A program made the position numbers and the translations under genes. Positions 12,402-26,465 of a stretch of DNA of 64,000 bases are shown here, one piece after another. The DNA comes from Felis catus (taxonomy: Eukaryota). Each line of letters opens with the position of its first letter. The stretch's first letter is position 1. The notes beneath the pieces were generated by a model. It searched no databases. It had not been told where the DNA came from and saw only the letters and a program-made list of their open reading frames with translations. The stretch lies in contig NC_058377.1 of assembly GCF_018350175.1 (NCBI RefSeq), positions 101,060,001 through 101,124,000 on the forward strand. Reading direction: 5' to 3'.

Positions 12402-12548
12402 TCAAGTATACATATATCCATATACTTGTACACAGGCCTCCTCCCATTTTACATAAACAAATAGAAGTTCCTATACGCATTTTGTATGCCATTTTTGCCT
12501 AGAACCATTACAATTTGAATATTTACCTTAAAAAATAATTCCACAGGT

Positions 12549-12768
12549 GGGGCTCCTGGGTGGCTCAGTCGGTTAGGTGTCCGACTTTAGCTCAGGTCAT
12601 GATCTCACAGTCTGTGAGTTTGAGCCCTGCATCAGGGTCTGTGCTGACACCTCAGAGCCTGGAGCCTGCTTCAGATTCTGGGTCTCCCTCTCTCTGCCCC
12701 TCCCCCGCTTATGCCTCTGTCTCTCTCTCTCTCAAAAGTAAATAAACGTTAAAATGACAAAAAAAAAA
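12549..12768 (+). mobile_element. Can-SINE
   Basis: TSD aataattccacag. Confidence 0.9.
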
Positions 12769-13410
12769 TAATAATTCCACAGACTTCTTTTTTATGGCGA
12801 TTCCATTTCTCCCAGTTGTTTAAAAGAAGTACCAAAATGGCAATGCAAAGGGATTCTGTCATATCGGAGTACATTGGATTCACTTAAAATCAGCCCTTAG
12901 GAAACTTCCACAAAAGAGTACTGCCACTTAAAAATGCTGATAGTTTTTTAAACAAAATGACTGTTGGTATTATATGTGTTCCTCATTGCATATAGTGTTT
13001 ATTGTTCTGCTTACTCAGACATGGATCAGAAACTGTCCGGTATCATTGTTAAAACCACAATTGCTAAGCAAGCAAGCATAACTTTGGTTAACGGCACTTT
13101 CGCAGTATGTAGCTAACAATGGTTTTGAGTTTATGAGAATGTTTATCAAACGGAATGATATTTAGCTCATGCCAGTAAATTTTTCCTGCTAAAACCTATT
13201 AACTTATGGAGTGTTTTTTTCTTATTTCTGAATAGTCAAATTTAGGTAAATATGTAATATAATGTGTTAAAGCAAATTTTATTTTACTGCTTCTATATGG
13301 CCCATATTTCTTTCCAGAATAATCCCACTGTCATATATTTTAACATAATAGCTATTCATTTTCCAAAATATAACTAATCACTGTTGTTGTTATAAATAAA
13401 CTTCCAATAA

Positions 13411-13605
13411 GGATGCCTGAGTGGCTCAGTTGGAAAAGTGTCAGACTCTTGACTTTGGCTCAGGTCATGATCTCGCGGTTCCTGAGCTGGGACCCTGCAC
13501 TGGGCTCTACACTGTCAGTGCCTGGGATTCTCCCTCTCTCACTCTCTCTCTGCCCCTCCCCTGTTCACTCTCTCTCTCAAAAATAAATAAATAAACCTTA
13601 AAAAA
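13411..13605 (+). mobile_element. Can-SINE
   Basis: TSD aaacttccaat. Confidence 0.88.
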
Positions 13606-14580
13606 TCAAACTTCCAATTGTAAAACTATTACCAAGGAAGGAAGATTTTAGGCAATGGCAAGCAGTTTTCTGGATATCCCATAATTACAGACTAAAATTT
13701 CATTCAGTGTCGGCCCTACTAAATATCCATCTCCCGGTGTCATATGCTTAAAGTTTATATGTTTTACAAAGAAATTGAGATAATAATGAAAAAGTTTGTG
13801 TATAAATCTTTATTTTTGTAATTGGATTCGTCTCAATAAATTACTTTGGAAAATTCATAGAAAAAAACTTATTTTGATACTATCCTAAATGACTTTCCAA
13901 GAGACTTGTATGCAACCTGATTCCTTCATCAATACAATTATATTTATTTAAAATTTGAGTTATTATAGCTTTATAGAAATAAATAATAAATGCTCTGCAT
14001 AATAAAATCTCATAAATAGGAAGTCAAAACCAATAATCTGAAAATTAATGAGGATACAATGAGAGATCGTACTTTTCTTTCCCCAAATTATCGATTGATT
14101 TCATGAGAAGCAATATGAGGACATTAAGTTTCCTTTGTTCTTTTTACTAAAAAAAAAGGGACTTGAAAATATGGTCATTGAACCAAAGTCAATAAACCGG
14201 AACATATTAAATCAAATGGAAGGGATAGGATAAAGGAAATTGGCATTCTGAAATATTATAAAGTTGCAGAGAGAGGGACTGTTTAAGAATACCATTGAAA
14301 CCACAAAGAACCCAGATGCAGTGAGACCTTAGTTATCTACAATGATAGTTCCTCAAACAATCAGTAAACTACCTTAAGCAAAGTTCACCCTGAAGTTTGC
14401 CTCATCTACTTCTGCACTTTGTGATGATCTTGTTTCTGGCAATATATTTATGCTTTTTAAAATTAAGCCAGTAATTTAGTATACTTTTATGGCATGTGAT
14501 TGAATATAGTTTATTTCTGTAGACGTATAGCCAGTCTGAAGATATGTGTTTGATTTTGTTGTTATTAAATGCCTCTGTTA

Positions 14581-15053
14581 ATAGCCAAATTATGGAAAGA
14601 GCCTAAATGTCCATCAACTGATGAATGGATAAAAAAATTGTGGTTTATATACACAATGGAGTACTACGTGGCAATGAGAAAGAATGAAATATGGCCCTTT
14701 GTAGCAACGTATATGGAACTGGAGAGTGTTATGTTAAGTGAAATAAGCCATACAGAGAAAGACAGATACCATATGTTTTCACTCTTAGGTGGATCCTGAG
14801 AAACTTAACAGAAACCCATGGGGGAGGGGAAGGAAAAAAAAAAAGGAGGTTGGAGTGGGAGACAGCCAAAGCATAAGAGACTCTTAAAAACTGAGAACAA
14901 ACTGAGGGTTGATGGGGGGTGGGAGGGAGGGGAGGGTGGGTGATGGGTATTGAGGAGGGCGCCTTTTGGGATGAGCATTGGGTGTTGTATGGAAACAAAT
15001 TTGACAATAAACTTCATATATTGAAAAAAAATAAAATTTAAAAAATAAAAAAA
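14581..15053 (+). mobile_element. 5'-truncated young felid L1 (end of ORF2, 3'UTR, poly-A)
   Basis: IAKLWKEPKCPSTDEWIKKLW...YHMFSL ORF2 C-terminus, G-rich 3'UTR, A tail; TSD gc(c/t)tctgtta on both sides. Confidence 0.93.
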
Positions 15054-16059
15054 GCTTCTGTTAGTGCAATGCTGATAATATGTAACTATATCTATATCTA
15101 ATCTATATCTGTATCTATATCTATATCTATATATCTAAATATGTCTACAAATCTGTTTCCCTGCCTATACAGAGATAGATACACTGTATGGTAAAATTAA
15201 GGTATTAAGGTGTTAAGTTCTACTTTAATCCACAGTAGTCAAACAATCCTAAATTAATATATGTAGGTGTGACTATCACATATTTCAATGTTCCAATTTG
15301 TTTAAGTGCTTTTGTAGGGGAAAGCATATCATCCTGATGAATTAAACATTAAAAGAGGACACCCATTATAATTGCCTCATTATTCATTATTGGAGAAATG
15401 TCATAAAAAGAAGAAATTAGGTATGTCTTACAGGGTTTGAAAGAACACAATTATAAGAATTAAAAAAAACATTTGAACTAAATGCATTTGAAAATCAAAG
15501 AAATGTATCTTTAATGCTACCCTGACTTCTTAGAAGCTGTGTGGAAATACATTTCAACTCAACATAATGAGGCTTTGCAATATATGATATCCTGAGATCA
15601 GATGAGATGCAAGAGAATAAAGATTGCTTAGAAGATTCAAGCCAAAGAGGACAACAATTTGGTAAGAATTTGTAGGGAGCATTTTAAGTACCAGATTAAT
15701 GGTATGTGTATTGGCCTCCAAGTGTCATTTTGAACAATGAGGAATTCTGCTGATGGATATTAAATAGTTTATAACTTATGAATTTCAAAGAGCTGAAAAT
15801 GGTCTTTTCTTTGGTGCCATGTTCTTTCAGAATCATAGAAATTTCTAATTGAATCGGCCATTGTAATCTGTTCTGGTGAAAAAGCCAAGTACTGAAGAGA
15901 AGAAAATGCAACTATATACTATAAATGCATTTGGGCTCATTACTCATTGTGTAATTAGTGACTGTCTGAATTTCAGTTCTGTTCTCTCATATTGGATTAA
16001 GTATTATTGACTCTGGTTCCCAAATACCCGTAAAACAAGTTTTCTCTTCATTAATCATC

Positions 16060-16550
16060 AGCACTGCTGTCTCAGTTCAGGCCCTATGTTCTCGAATCCT
16101 AACTATTGAAATAGCCTTCTGACTTCTTCCATTGCCACTTTACCTTCAGTGTGTTTCTATTCTTACCTCAGAAACACACGTTGGTCATAATTCTTTCCTT
16201 AATGTCACATATGTTCTCTTATCTTAGTAGGAAGTCCACATTCCCTGAACTGTTTATACTTCTCTTTAATCATTCTCAAGGGCCAAGAGCAAGAATTCTC
16301 ATATTTCCCAAGATTTTCTTGATAATATCCTTGAGAAAATTAGATTATTTCCTCCATTGTTCTATCATTGTGCACTGTATTGTAACAGTGGATTGTGAAC
16401 TTTTGTTTTCACTTCTGATTCCTCTTCTGAACTGTTTAATCCTGTGAGGAAAAGACTGCGTCTTATTCAAGGACTTTTGGGATAGTTTCAGGATTTCTGG
16501 GATAGTGATTACTACATAGTAGGTACACAATAGTGACTTGTTTAATAAAT
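16060..16550 (+). mobile_element. L2 3' fragment
   Basis: tagccttctgact..; ends tacatagtaggtacacaatagtgacttgtttaataaat. Confidence 0.55.
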
Positions 16551-17950
16551 CAGGGTGTTAATTATTTCAGAATGTTTTTCTTTTTTACCTGTGTGATAAT
16601 GGCATGTTTGATATTAAGGAGTAAATAAAGATAAGTTTTAAATTAGAAGTTTTTCCATCTAGTATACTTTTTTTAAAAAAATTAGCTATTTATAGGAGTC
16701 AGGTTCTCAAAAACATATAAAGTGGTGTGCATATAAATAGTAAGCAAAAATATAAGGAAGTTTTCTTGATGCATAGTAACTAAATAAATACCTAATAAAA
16801 TAACTTCTGATTTATAAAGCTATTGAGCTTTATTATATATGGAGCTTGAGGAGATGTAAATGATTAATGGAGGCAAGGTTATTATGACACTGATGATCAG
16901 GGACAAAGCTCATGGAAATTAAAATTTTCCAGACCTCTCTAGAACGCCTCCCAGTGACAGGTCACAGAAAGTAGTAATGCTTCAGGTTATTTAACTGAAG
17001 GAAACAAATTAATGTGCATTCTTAATTATTATTTTTTTAAAGAGATATCATGATGAATGTAAATGTCCAATGGTGAAAGAAACAGCTTAATAGACATGGG
17101 TGTATAGATATAATAGATTATTGCAAATTTCATTTATATTAAAGACATGAAACAGATGTCAATTGAATACCTAGTCTATCTTCAATATTATAACATATGT
17201 ATTATAACATAACATCTTGCACTATATATATATATATATATGATATTTAGTTTTATTTTCAAAAACCATGAGGAAGGTACGACCATTGTACTATTGTCAC
17301 TTTGAAGATGATGGATGCTGAAGATTAAAGACATTACAAAATTTTCACATGGTCATAAAGGCAGTAAATGGTATTTCAAGACACAAACTCAGAATTATGA
17401 CTCCCAAATCTAAACGTTTTCAACTATAACACCGTCTTCTTTTGAAAAGTTATAATTACAAAGACTTGGACATTTAAAAGCATTGAAAATATGTGTGACA
17501 TATTCTCAAGGGAAAAACATGGGTGCACACACAAAAATAGAATCTGTGGTCCAGATTCAGGTTTCCAAATACCATCCTCCCGTAAAAGATGGCAAGGATC
17601 CTTGGAGAGGCAGTTGTTTCTAGAGCTGAGTCTGGGAAAATAGAAGATGAGCCTGGAATATACTGTGCTGCCAGATTTAAGAGGTGAAAAACAAACACAA
17701 AACAAAACAAACCAAAACAAAACAAAAAGACAAGAGCATGACCAAAGACCAAAGAGCAAAGTGCACAGAAACTAATTCAGTAATGGTTCCATTAGCAGAG
17801 CTATTTGAGCAATAAAATAAATGAAGGGGGTGTTGGATAACCCAAAGGAAAATAATTCCGAGTACATATTCGTACAACTATCTAACCAAATAAATACATA
17901 AAGAAGAAAGAACAACTCTTCCTTACAGAATCATTTCAGTTAAAATATCC

Positions 17951-18160
17951 GGGCACCTGCGTGGCTCAGGGTGTTGAGAGCCAACTTCGTCTGAGGGCAT
18001 GATCTCATGGTTCGTGGGTTCGAGCCCTGAGTCAGGCTCTGTGCTGATAGCTTAGAGCCTGGAACCTGCTTTGGATTCTGTGCCTCCCTCTCTCTCTCTG
18101 CCCTCCCCTGCTTGCATTCTGCCTCTCTCTCAGAAATAAATAAACATTAAGAAAAATTAA
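17951..18160 (+). mobile_element. Can-SINE followed by (TA)n
   Basis: Head, (CT)n, A tail, TA run to 18210. Confidence 0.9.
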
Positions 18161-18162
18161 AT

Positions 18163-18214
<52 letters not shown>

Positions 18215-18220
18215 TGAAGG

Positions 18221-18812
18221 CCCTTTCATGCAGATGGCTGAAGCTGAAGAAGGAAGCTCATCCCCCTCAAAAAGCCACAGCCAAAGCAAAGTCTTTGAAG
18301 GCCAAGAAAGTGGTACTGAAAGGTGTCCACAGTCACACAAAAAAGATCTGCAGGTCATGTACCTTTCCAGGATCCAAGGCACTGAAGGCAGCCCAGATAT
18401 CCTCTAAAAAGCACCCCCAGGAGAAACAAGCTTGACCACTAGGCCATCATTAAGTTCCCCCTGACTATAGATGGAGTCAGCCGTGAAGAAAATAGAAGAC
18501 AACACTCCTGTGCTCATTGTGGATGCCAAGGCCAACAAGCACCAGGCCCAACAGGCTTTGAAGAAGTTTTACCGCATTGACTTGTCCAAGGTCAACACCC
18601 TGATTAGGCTGGATGGAAAGAAGAAAGCGTGTGTTCCACTGGCTCCCAAGTATGACACTTTGGATGTTGACAACAAAATTGGGTTTATCTAAATTGAGTC
18701 CAGCAGGCTAAATCTAAATCTAAATTTTTTCACCAAAATAAATAAAATAAAGTAAAATAATAAAATAACATAACATAAAAAAATAAAAATAAAAAAATGA
18801 AATAAAATAAAA
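18221..18812 (+). pseudogene. RPL23A: RPL23A (uL23) processed pseudogene
   Basis: Intronless; pieces [30 protein letters not shown] and [34 protein letters not shown]; ATG 18234, stop 18692; frameshifts and an internal TAG; short 3'UTR and decayed poly(A) 18735-18812. Confidence 0.95.
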
Positions 18813-19509
18813 TAGTTGAAAGAATGGGAACATGGAAATTTGCCACAAAAACACCACAGTAATAATAGGTAGAGGCAACATATTGATGGGTGCTGAAAAG
18901 AATAAATGGAATATTTGCATACCCTAAATTATCTTCCCCAAGTATACATAAACTACAAAGAAAAATCCTAAATTTATAGTGAAAAAGGCAGGCAGACACT
19001 ATGTTAAGTAAATGATCAAGTTTAAATCACTGGTAATATCACTCAGTGACATCATGTATCCTTGGAGAAGATGAAAAGACATGCATACCACCTCTCTGGC
19101 ACTTTTCCCCATAATCAATTACCTCAATTTCATCATGAGAAAAATATCATGTAAACTTACATGCAGGGACATTGTACAAAATATTTGATGAGTAATCTTG
19201 ACAAATATCACAGTAGTGAAAGAAAAGGAAAGAAAATGGGACAGTCACAGATCTCAGGAGATGAGACAAAGGTAACAGTAATGGCAGCATGATGTTCTAG
19301 ATTGCACCATAGTGACCCAGAGCCCTTATGCCAGTTATGTACTGGCAACCAGTATACTTACACCTCTAGGCTCACCAAAGATAAGACTACCAAAGAGCTG
19401 AGCCAAATTTTGAATCTCAAAAGAGGCAGTTAACTCTAAGTAATGGAAAAGCAACAGCAGTATCCTTCTTATCTTTGCAATCATACACAAAGCTGACATC
19501 CCCAGAGTC

Positions 19510-19593
19510 CACTTGGGATTCTCTTTCCTCCTCTCTCTGCCCCTCCTCTTCTCATGGTCTATCTCTCTCTCTCTCAAAAAATAAATGAATAAA
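19510..19593 (+). mobile_element. Can-SINE 3' half
   Basis: cttgggattctc..(CT)n..aaaaataaatgaataaac. Confidence 0.7.
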
Positions 19594-19598
19594 CTTTT

Positions 19599-20435
19599 CA
19601 TTCACACCTCAGAGACCTTGTGCATTCAGTTCCAGACCACTGAAATAAAGTGGGTCAAATGAATTTTTTGGTTTCCCAGTGCCTATGAAAGTTATGTTTG
19701 CATTATGCTGTAGTCTATTAAGAGTAAAACGTGCTTTACTGCTAAAAATGTTAACCATCATCTGAGCTTTCAGTGAGTCGTAATTTTTTTGGAGGGTCTT
19801 GTCTCAGTATTGATGGCTGCTGACTGACCAGGGTGATGGTTGCTGAAGGTTGGGTGGCTGGGGCAATTTCTTAAAATGAGACGACAATGAAGTTTGCTAC
19901 ATCCATTGATTCTTCCTTTAACAAACAATTTCTGCGTAGCGTGTGATTCTTTTTAATATCATTTTACCTACGGTAGAACTTCCTTAAAATTGGAGTCATT
20001 TCTCCCAAAGCCTCCCACTGCTTTATCCACTAAGCGTATGTGATAGTTTAGGTCTTTTTTCGTTTCAACAATCTTGATGGCTTTTTCACTAGGAGTAGAT
20101 CCCATCTCAAGAAAACATTTTCTTTGCTCCTTTTATAAGAAGCAATTATTCATGCATTAAAGCTTTATTATGAGATTATGGCCATTCAAACATAATAATG
20201 AGGAAAAGTTTGAAATATTGCAAAAATTACCAAAATGTGACAAAGAGACACAAAGTGAGTAAAAGATATTTGAAAAATGACACTTCCAGTCTTGCTGACA
20301 ATGAGTCTCCACAAACCTTCAATCTGCAGGCAACCCCCCCCCCCACCAAAAAAAAAAAAAAACCCAAAAACAAAAAAAAAACCAAATGCAATATTGGTGA
20401 TGCGTGGTAAAGTGCAAGAAAACAAGTCCTGTCTG
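19599..20435 (-). mobile_element. Internally deleted Tigger1-family DNA transposon
   Basis: Both degenerate termini present (cattcacacctcagaga..ttccagaccac and caaaccttcaat..aaacaagtcctgtctg|TA); ~840 bp, far shorter than full-length Tigger1. Confidence 0.82.
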
Positions 20436-20755
20436 TATCTGTCATTTAATAGCTTCTTAATAGATGGGTGTGGAAAAAATAAGAATGGATAGGAATTTGA
20501 GATTTCAGGTATACGATCCAAGACTTTCAACGTTTTATTTTTTTCAAGATACATAACAGGGCAAATAAAAAATGTTGTTCTGTTCCTTTTGTCTAAATAT
20601 CTGAGTCTACTGATCATCTGTAAGTGATATGGCACATATATAGTAGATTTTATTCCTTCTTAAAAATCTCTAGTGTGAAACGTAGGATTAGACAGGCATT
20701 TATCCCCTTTCCAATGGAGAATCTATCTTGTTTAATCATTGTAATACTAACTCCC

Positions 20756-20950
20756 TTTATTTTTTAGTGTATTTTTTTAAGCTTATTCATTTATTTTTTG
20801 AGAGAGAGAGAGGTAGACCATGAGAAGAGGAGGGGCAGAGAGAGGAGGAAAGAGAATCCCAAGTGGAGTCTGCAACCCACTCACCATGAGCTCCTGACCT
20901 GAGCCGAAATCAAGAATCAGATGCTCAACGGACAGCCACCCAGGTGCCCT
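20756..20950 (-). mobile_element. Can-SINE
   Basis: Antisense head gccacccaggtgccc. Confidence 0.85.
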
Positions 20951-21354
20951 CTAACCCCTTTTTAGAGATAAGTCAAAAAGAGATGACAATTCCAGTAGAA
21001 AAATAATTTAGACGAGTCTGTGAGGTCCTTCAAACCTGATGTTTGTCAATCATCATCGGACCTGATGCATTTTGAAAAATTTACCTTTGTGGGTCTGATC
21101 CTACTAACCCAGAAATGTTTTAGGGGTGTGGCCTAGGAAATGGCTTTAAAACAGTAAACAAACAACAAATGGAATAATGATGTGAATTGAGTTCCTATCA
21201 GCCATTCCTGAAACTGGGAGTAGAGTTTGAGTTTTTACTTCAGGTTTCTTGTCTATTTTCCTAGATGGCATTTTCATTCTTAGTGATTCCATGTGTGCAT
21301 CATTGAGCGCAGTCAGCAAAAAATCAGAGTACCTGCATTAAAAATAAATACATA

Positions 21355-21560
21355 GTGGCCCCTGGGTGGTTCAGTCCGTTAGGCGCTGACTTCAGCTCTG
21401 GTCATGATCTTGCAGTCCATGAGTTCCAGCCCTGCGAGGGGCTCTGTGCTGACAGCTCAGAGACTAGAGCCTGCTTTGGATTCTGTGTCTCCCTCTCTCT
21501 CTCCCCTCCCCTGCTTGTGCTCTGTCTCTGTCTCTGAAAAAATGAATACACCTTAAAAAA
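21355..21560 (+). mobile_element. Can-SINE
   Basis: TSD acatacatag-like. Confidence 0.88.
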
Positions 21561-21994
21561 CATACATAGATGATTTGTTGACATCACGGTAATGTAATTT
21601 CAATGTATAATAACACCATTTAATCAGTAGATAGGAAAAGCTCACTTTTCCTTGCTGGGAGAGTTGTCTGAGAAGCCCAGGCGGAGGCAACAGTGATCTG
21701 ATATTCTCTAACATCATGTATCTCATATATTTTCATGGTGGTCAGTGTTTTAGAAAATCTTCATATATTTACATATTTTTTATATATACCTTATATTATA
21801 GTTGTATTACATATACATATATATTGCACTGTTATCATATATGTGACATGATATATAACATGATTATATATTATATTTTATCACATCATATGAATTATAC
21901 ATTATATATCATATAATCATATAACATCATATATCATGATACCATACTATATATTCTATATGAATGTATTATATGTAAAATATTTTTTCAATAT

Positions 21995-22212
21995 ATTTTT
22001 TAACAATTTTTTAATGTTTATTTTTTTTTGAGAAAGAGAGACGGAGTGTGAGTGGGGAGGGACAGAGAGAGAGAGGGAGACAGAATTCAAAGCAGGCTCC
22101 AGGTTCTGACCTATCAGCATAGAGCCCAAGGTGGGGCTTGAACTCACGAACCATGAGATCATAACCTGAGCTGAAGTCAGTGGCTTAACCAACTGAGCCA
22201 CCCACGTACCCC
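21995..22212 (-). mobile_element. Can-SINE within AT-rich low-complexity tract
   Basis: TSD tcaatatatttt. Confidence 0.9.
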
Positions 22213-23281
22213 TCAATATATTTTATATGAGTAGATAAAATATATGATTAGAACATATTTTATAATAAAATAGATTTTATATAGAAAATATATGAATAGA
22301 ATATATTTTTCCTATATTCTGTATGTATATATTATTATATATGATTTATATTCTATAAACATGTATTGTGTATATATTATATATTATGTATATATTATAT
22401 AAATGCTAATAATATAAAAAAATGACTTTCAAAACTATATCAATTATATTTTTTCAGTATATCCATTGCCATTTAAAGTGAAATACACAAAAGGAAGGGG
22501 TATGTATTTCTGAACATTTCCATTGGAAATGTATCCCAGGCAAATTAAGAATAAGCCTTTGGGTACAATTAAAATGCAAATCTCAAGAGATCAAAGATGC
22601 TAATTGATCAATTCCTTTATGATATGAGTTTGAGATTTGGGAAGAGATGTTGCTATAAGAAGAGTGTTAACACACTACATTTCCGAAGACAATTCTTTGT
22701 CCTGGGACTGCATTAGAAATACAGGAAGAACAACACAAATCCTGAATGTGAATCTAGCTTTGAGCTAAAGCAAGAGATATTAATTCTCAACAAGGCACAT
22801 GAAAATAAATAGTTATTGTAGTTAACTTGGGTGTCATTTCCATTCTATCAATGAAAGATAATAGAGACATTACCCAGAACTCTCCTCAACACCAGCAATT
22901 TTTTTCATCAACTTCATAATATTAATAGAGTTCCATTATATAGGAAATAGAGCTCTGTGCTAAACCACAGCAACAGATGAAAGCTGTCGCATTAACAATT
23001 CATGAGATCCAGAACTGCAAATAAGGGAAATATATGTCAAAAACTAATGGTGAATTTGGTGAATATTGAATGATGTCTTCTCTTCCTGTCATCTGATAAT
23101 AAACCTCAAAATCACAGGAAGATGACTGAAAGAGGCTTCGTTTGGATGACTAAATCTCAGGTTAAGTCTAATCTTCTCTTCTTTCTGAAAATGTGTGCAC
23201 GTGTTTTTCACACTGAAAACCTTTCTCTTCCTCTTTTTACATGACTGCATCTTTCAGTAAACCTTAAGAAAAGTGCCTCCA

Positions 23282-23480
23282 GGGGTGCCTGGGTGACTCT
23301 GGCAGTTGAGCTTCTGACTTGATTTCATCTCAGGTCATGATCTCAGTTTGTGGGGTTGAGCCCTGCGTCGGGCTCAGCAATGGCAGGGCAGAGCATGTTT
23401 GAGATTCTTTCTCCCTCTGCCCCTCTATCCTGCTTTCTCGATTTCTCTCTCTCAAAATAAATAAATAAACAAGAAGAAAA
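23282..23480 (+). mobile_element. Can-SINE
   Basis: TSD aaagtgcct. Confidence 0.85.
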
Positions 23481-24022
23481 CTAAAGTGCCTGTAATGAAA
23501 GGCCAGAAAAAATGCCTTCATTGATTAAATGCTTGTTAAATGGATTGGTGATGAATAGGCACCCTCGAGAGGGTGGGAGACACTAAATGATCAAGTCTCC
23601 TTAATACAACATCAAGTCCCTTTGGATCACTCGGGTGGAGTGTTAAACATCTGAAACAAACTTGCATTAACCATCATATTTATGTCACCTGAATTAGGCA
23701 AATAACTTCTCTAATTTCTAATAAGATCACCTTGTTTTAATACTTGGTTGTAAATCACATTTATTTTACTATTTTTAGCCTTTTATTTTTGACTTGGAAA
23801 CTACTGTTTTTGGCAATGAATTGTGTGTTGCCTGATGTCACAGATAATCATGTGCTTTATTTAGGAGCAAACATGTTTGCTGAGCGCATGCACAAAACAA
23901 TTTGGCTATGTTATAGATTAACTCTCATGTTTGGTCTTTCTTTACTCACCAATAGAAAGGGTATGTGACAAAAAAGGTGTAAAGAATTTTATCATTAACG
24001 TGTAAAGTAAGCAGGATTTTTC

Positions 24023-24073
24023 ATATATATATATACACGAATATATATGTGTGTGTATATATATCTATATATC

Positions 24074-24112
<39 letters not shown>
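24023..24112. repeat. Compound (TA)n/(TG)n microsatellite
   Basis: Seen directly. Confidence 0.9.
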
Positions 24113-24115
<3 letters not shown>

Positions 24116-24555
24116 TTCTTTAAAAAATTTAGCAAAGCTTTATTAACTACAAGAAACTATTAGGTGTGCTCATATAAGATCTTGTTAAGCTCCTAAAATG
24201 ACCCTTTAAAGTATCTGTTAGGTGTTGACAAATTAAAACTGCCACACAAAGGTATCACTGAATTCACAAATTATAGAACTTTCTTTCCTAAATAGCCTTT
24301 ATATTCTCTAAGAGCATCATATAATTGATTCCAGTAGGTAAGTTGCAAAAGGTATGATTTGGGGCCCAATGGTAGACTGGAGTAGATGGTAGTATATTCC
24401 AGGAAGAATCTCTTCCAAAATCATTCTGCCATCTTTGACCCTCTCATTATTGGAGTCTAGGTCAACTCTGGGTACTAAGTCTTTAAGCTTGAATTCTTTT
24501 CTGACTTTTGTTTCTGCTTTTCAGCAGGTAAGGTAAAAGGCCTGAGTTGATAAAA

Positions 24556-25488
24556 ATGACTGGGAACAATTTCACTGAGATCACTCTCTTCATCCTCTCT
24601 GGATTTGCAAATCACCCGGAACTACAAGTCAGTCTTTTCTTAATGTTCCTCTTTATTTATCTGTTCACTGTTCTGGGGAACCTTGGGCTGATCATGTTAA
24701 TCAGAATTGACTCTCATCTTCGCACACCTATGTACTTTTTTCTTAGCAACTTAGCATTTATTGACATATTTTATTCTTCCACTGTAACACCCAAGGCGCT
24801 GGTAAATTTCCAATCCAAACAGAAAACCATCTCTTTTGTTGCCTGCTTTGTTCAGATGTACTTTTTTGTGGGTTTGGTGTGTAGTGAGTGTTTTCTTTTG
24901 GGATCAATGGCCTATGACCGCTACGTAGCAATCTGCAATCCCTTATTGTACTCAGTGGTTATGTCCCGGAAAGTGTGCAACGGGCTGGGAGTCATGCCAT
25001 ATGCAATAGGCTTCACGAATTCTCTGGTATCCGTCTGTGTGATAAGCAGCTTGGCATTCTGTGATTCCAGCATCAATCATTTCTTCTGTGATACCACAGC
25101 TCTTTTGGCCCTGTCTTGTGCGGATGCGTTCAGCACAGAAATGGTGATCTTTGTCTTAGCTGGGACCACCCTTCTTAGCTCTCTGCTCATCATCACAGTC
25201 ACTTACGTTGCCATCATCTCGGCCATTCTCAAGATCCAGTCTGCAGCAGGCAGACAGAAGGCCTTTTCCACCTGTGCTTCCCACCTCATGGGCGTCACTA
25301 TCTTCTATGGGTCCCTGATTTTCACGTATTTGCAGCCTGATAACACATCATCCCTGACCCAGGCACAGGTGGCGTCCGTATTCTATACCATCGTCATTCC
25401 GATGTTGAATCCACTGATCTATAGTCTGAGGAACAGAGATGTGAAAAATGCTCTCCTGAGAGTCATGCATAGAAAACTTTTTTCATGA
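24556..25488 (+). CDS. OR8I2: Olfactory receptor 8I2 orthologue, intact, 310 aa
   Basis: [44 protein letters not shown] and [18 protein letters not shown] match recalled human OR8I2; canonical OR motifs; splice acceptor near 24500-24524. Confidence 0.92.
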   Translation: MTGNNFTEITLFILSGFANHPELQVSLFLMFLFIYLFTVLGNLGLIMLIRIDSHLRTPMYFFLSNLAFIDIFYSSTVTPKALVNFQSKQKTISFVACFVQMYFFVGLVCSECFLLGSMAYDRYVAICNPLLYSVVMSRKVCNGLGVMPYAIGFTNSLVSVCVISSLAFCDSSINHFFCDTTALLALSCADAFSTEMVIFVLAGTTLLSSLLIITVTYVAIISAILKIQSAAGRQKAFSTCASHLMGVTIFYGSLIFTYLQPDNTSSLTQAQVASVFYTIVIPMLNPLIYSLRNRDVKNALLRVMHRKLFS

Positions 25489-26208
25489 CAAATCTGTGCA
25501 TGTTACAATTAAAACTCACCTGGGTGGTTTCAGGCATTCAATTACCGCAACAATCAGGAAAATCGGAAAATGAACCCAAAAGGCTTACGCAAACTAAATC
25601 ATAACTTAGAGTCTTGAAATTTGGGAAGCAAAATATTATTTTATTTGTTTATGCAGAGTACTGAATCAGCGCACGAGGAATTCGTTTCAGCATATAGATT
25701 ATATATACTGTCTACACAGTGAGTTGCAAATACAATGTCAACGGACACTGGGTGATATAGGCAATCTCTTGATCATGTGAATTCATTTGGCCACATAGTT
25801 AAACGTGAGCTTTGATGTCTATGTGGCGGAGTATGGTCTTAAACTCAAACACAGCAGAGTTTTATTTCAAAAAAACCATAATGTGCCTCCCAAACTTCAA
25901 ACACTTGGTAAACATTTAAATGCCTGTGTGTGTCGGTAAAGCAGCAGCTGTGGCACAATTCCTGAGTCATTTGGAAGTATATTACAACGATTCTTGTCTT
26001 TCCAAATCAGGCAGACATGCTCGGTGAAGTCTATGGTTTTAAAAGGAGAAACTGGGCTTTTATTTTGTTTTTCCTTGAAAAGGGACTCCGTTTAATGGAC
26101 TCCCTCAGGCACTGTTACAAATGACCACTGGAAAGAACATGTCCTTCAGTACTGCCTTTGTTGTGCATAAGTCACCGAGCAGTAGTCAAAGTCGCTGGCA
26201 ACCACTTT

Positions 26209-26433
26209 TTTTTTTTTAATTTTTTGTTTTTCAACGTTTATTTATTTTTGGGACAGAGAGAGACAGAGCATGAACGGGGGAGGGGCAGAGAGAGAGGGAG
26301 ACACAGAATCGGAAACAGGCTCCAGGCTCTGAGCCATCAGCCCAGAGCCCGACACGGGGCTTGAACTCACGGACCGCGAGATCGTGACCTGGCTGAAGTC
26401 GGACGCTTAACCGACTGCGCCACCCAGGCGCCC
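26209..26433 (-). mobile_element. Young SINEC_Fc-type SINE
   Basis: CpG-rich, near-identical to other young copies; TSD gctggcaaccactttt. Confidence 0.95.
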
Positions 26434-26465
26434 TGCTGGCAACCACTTTTAAAAAATACGTTGAA

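Larger units (their letters stand above)
17480..19310 (+). mobile_element. Old L1M (L1MC/MD-like) 3' region hosting the SINE and RPL23A insertions
   Basis: aactcttccttacagaat, aatgatcaagtttaaatcac..gacatcatgt and agggacattgtacaaaata motifs typical of old L1M 3'UTRs; boundaries approximate. Confidence 0.6.

Noticed and set aside
18471-18692. 73-aa open frame covering the uL23 core domain as a possible functional retrogene
   Set aside because: The upstream part is frameshifted with a stop, and the frame has many non-conservative changes and a codon deletion; consistent with neutral decay.
21760-22420. Long AT-rich tract
   Set aside because: Degenerate (TA)n low-complexity sequence around a SINE; no higher-order periodicity seen.
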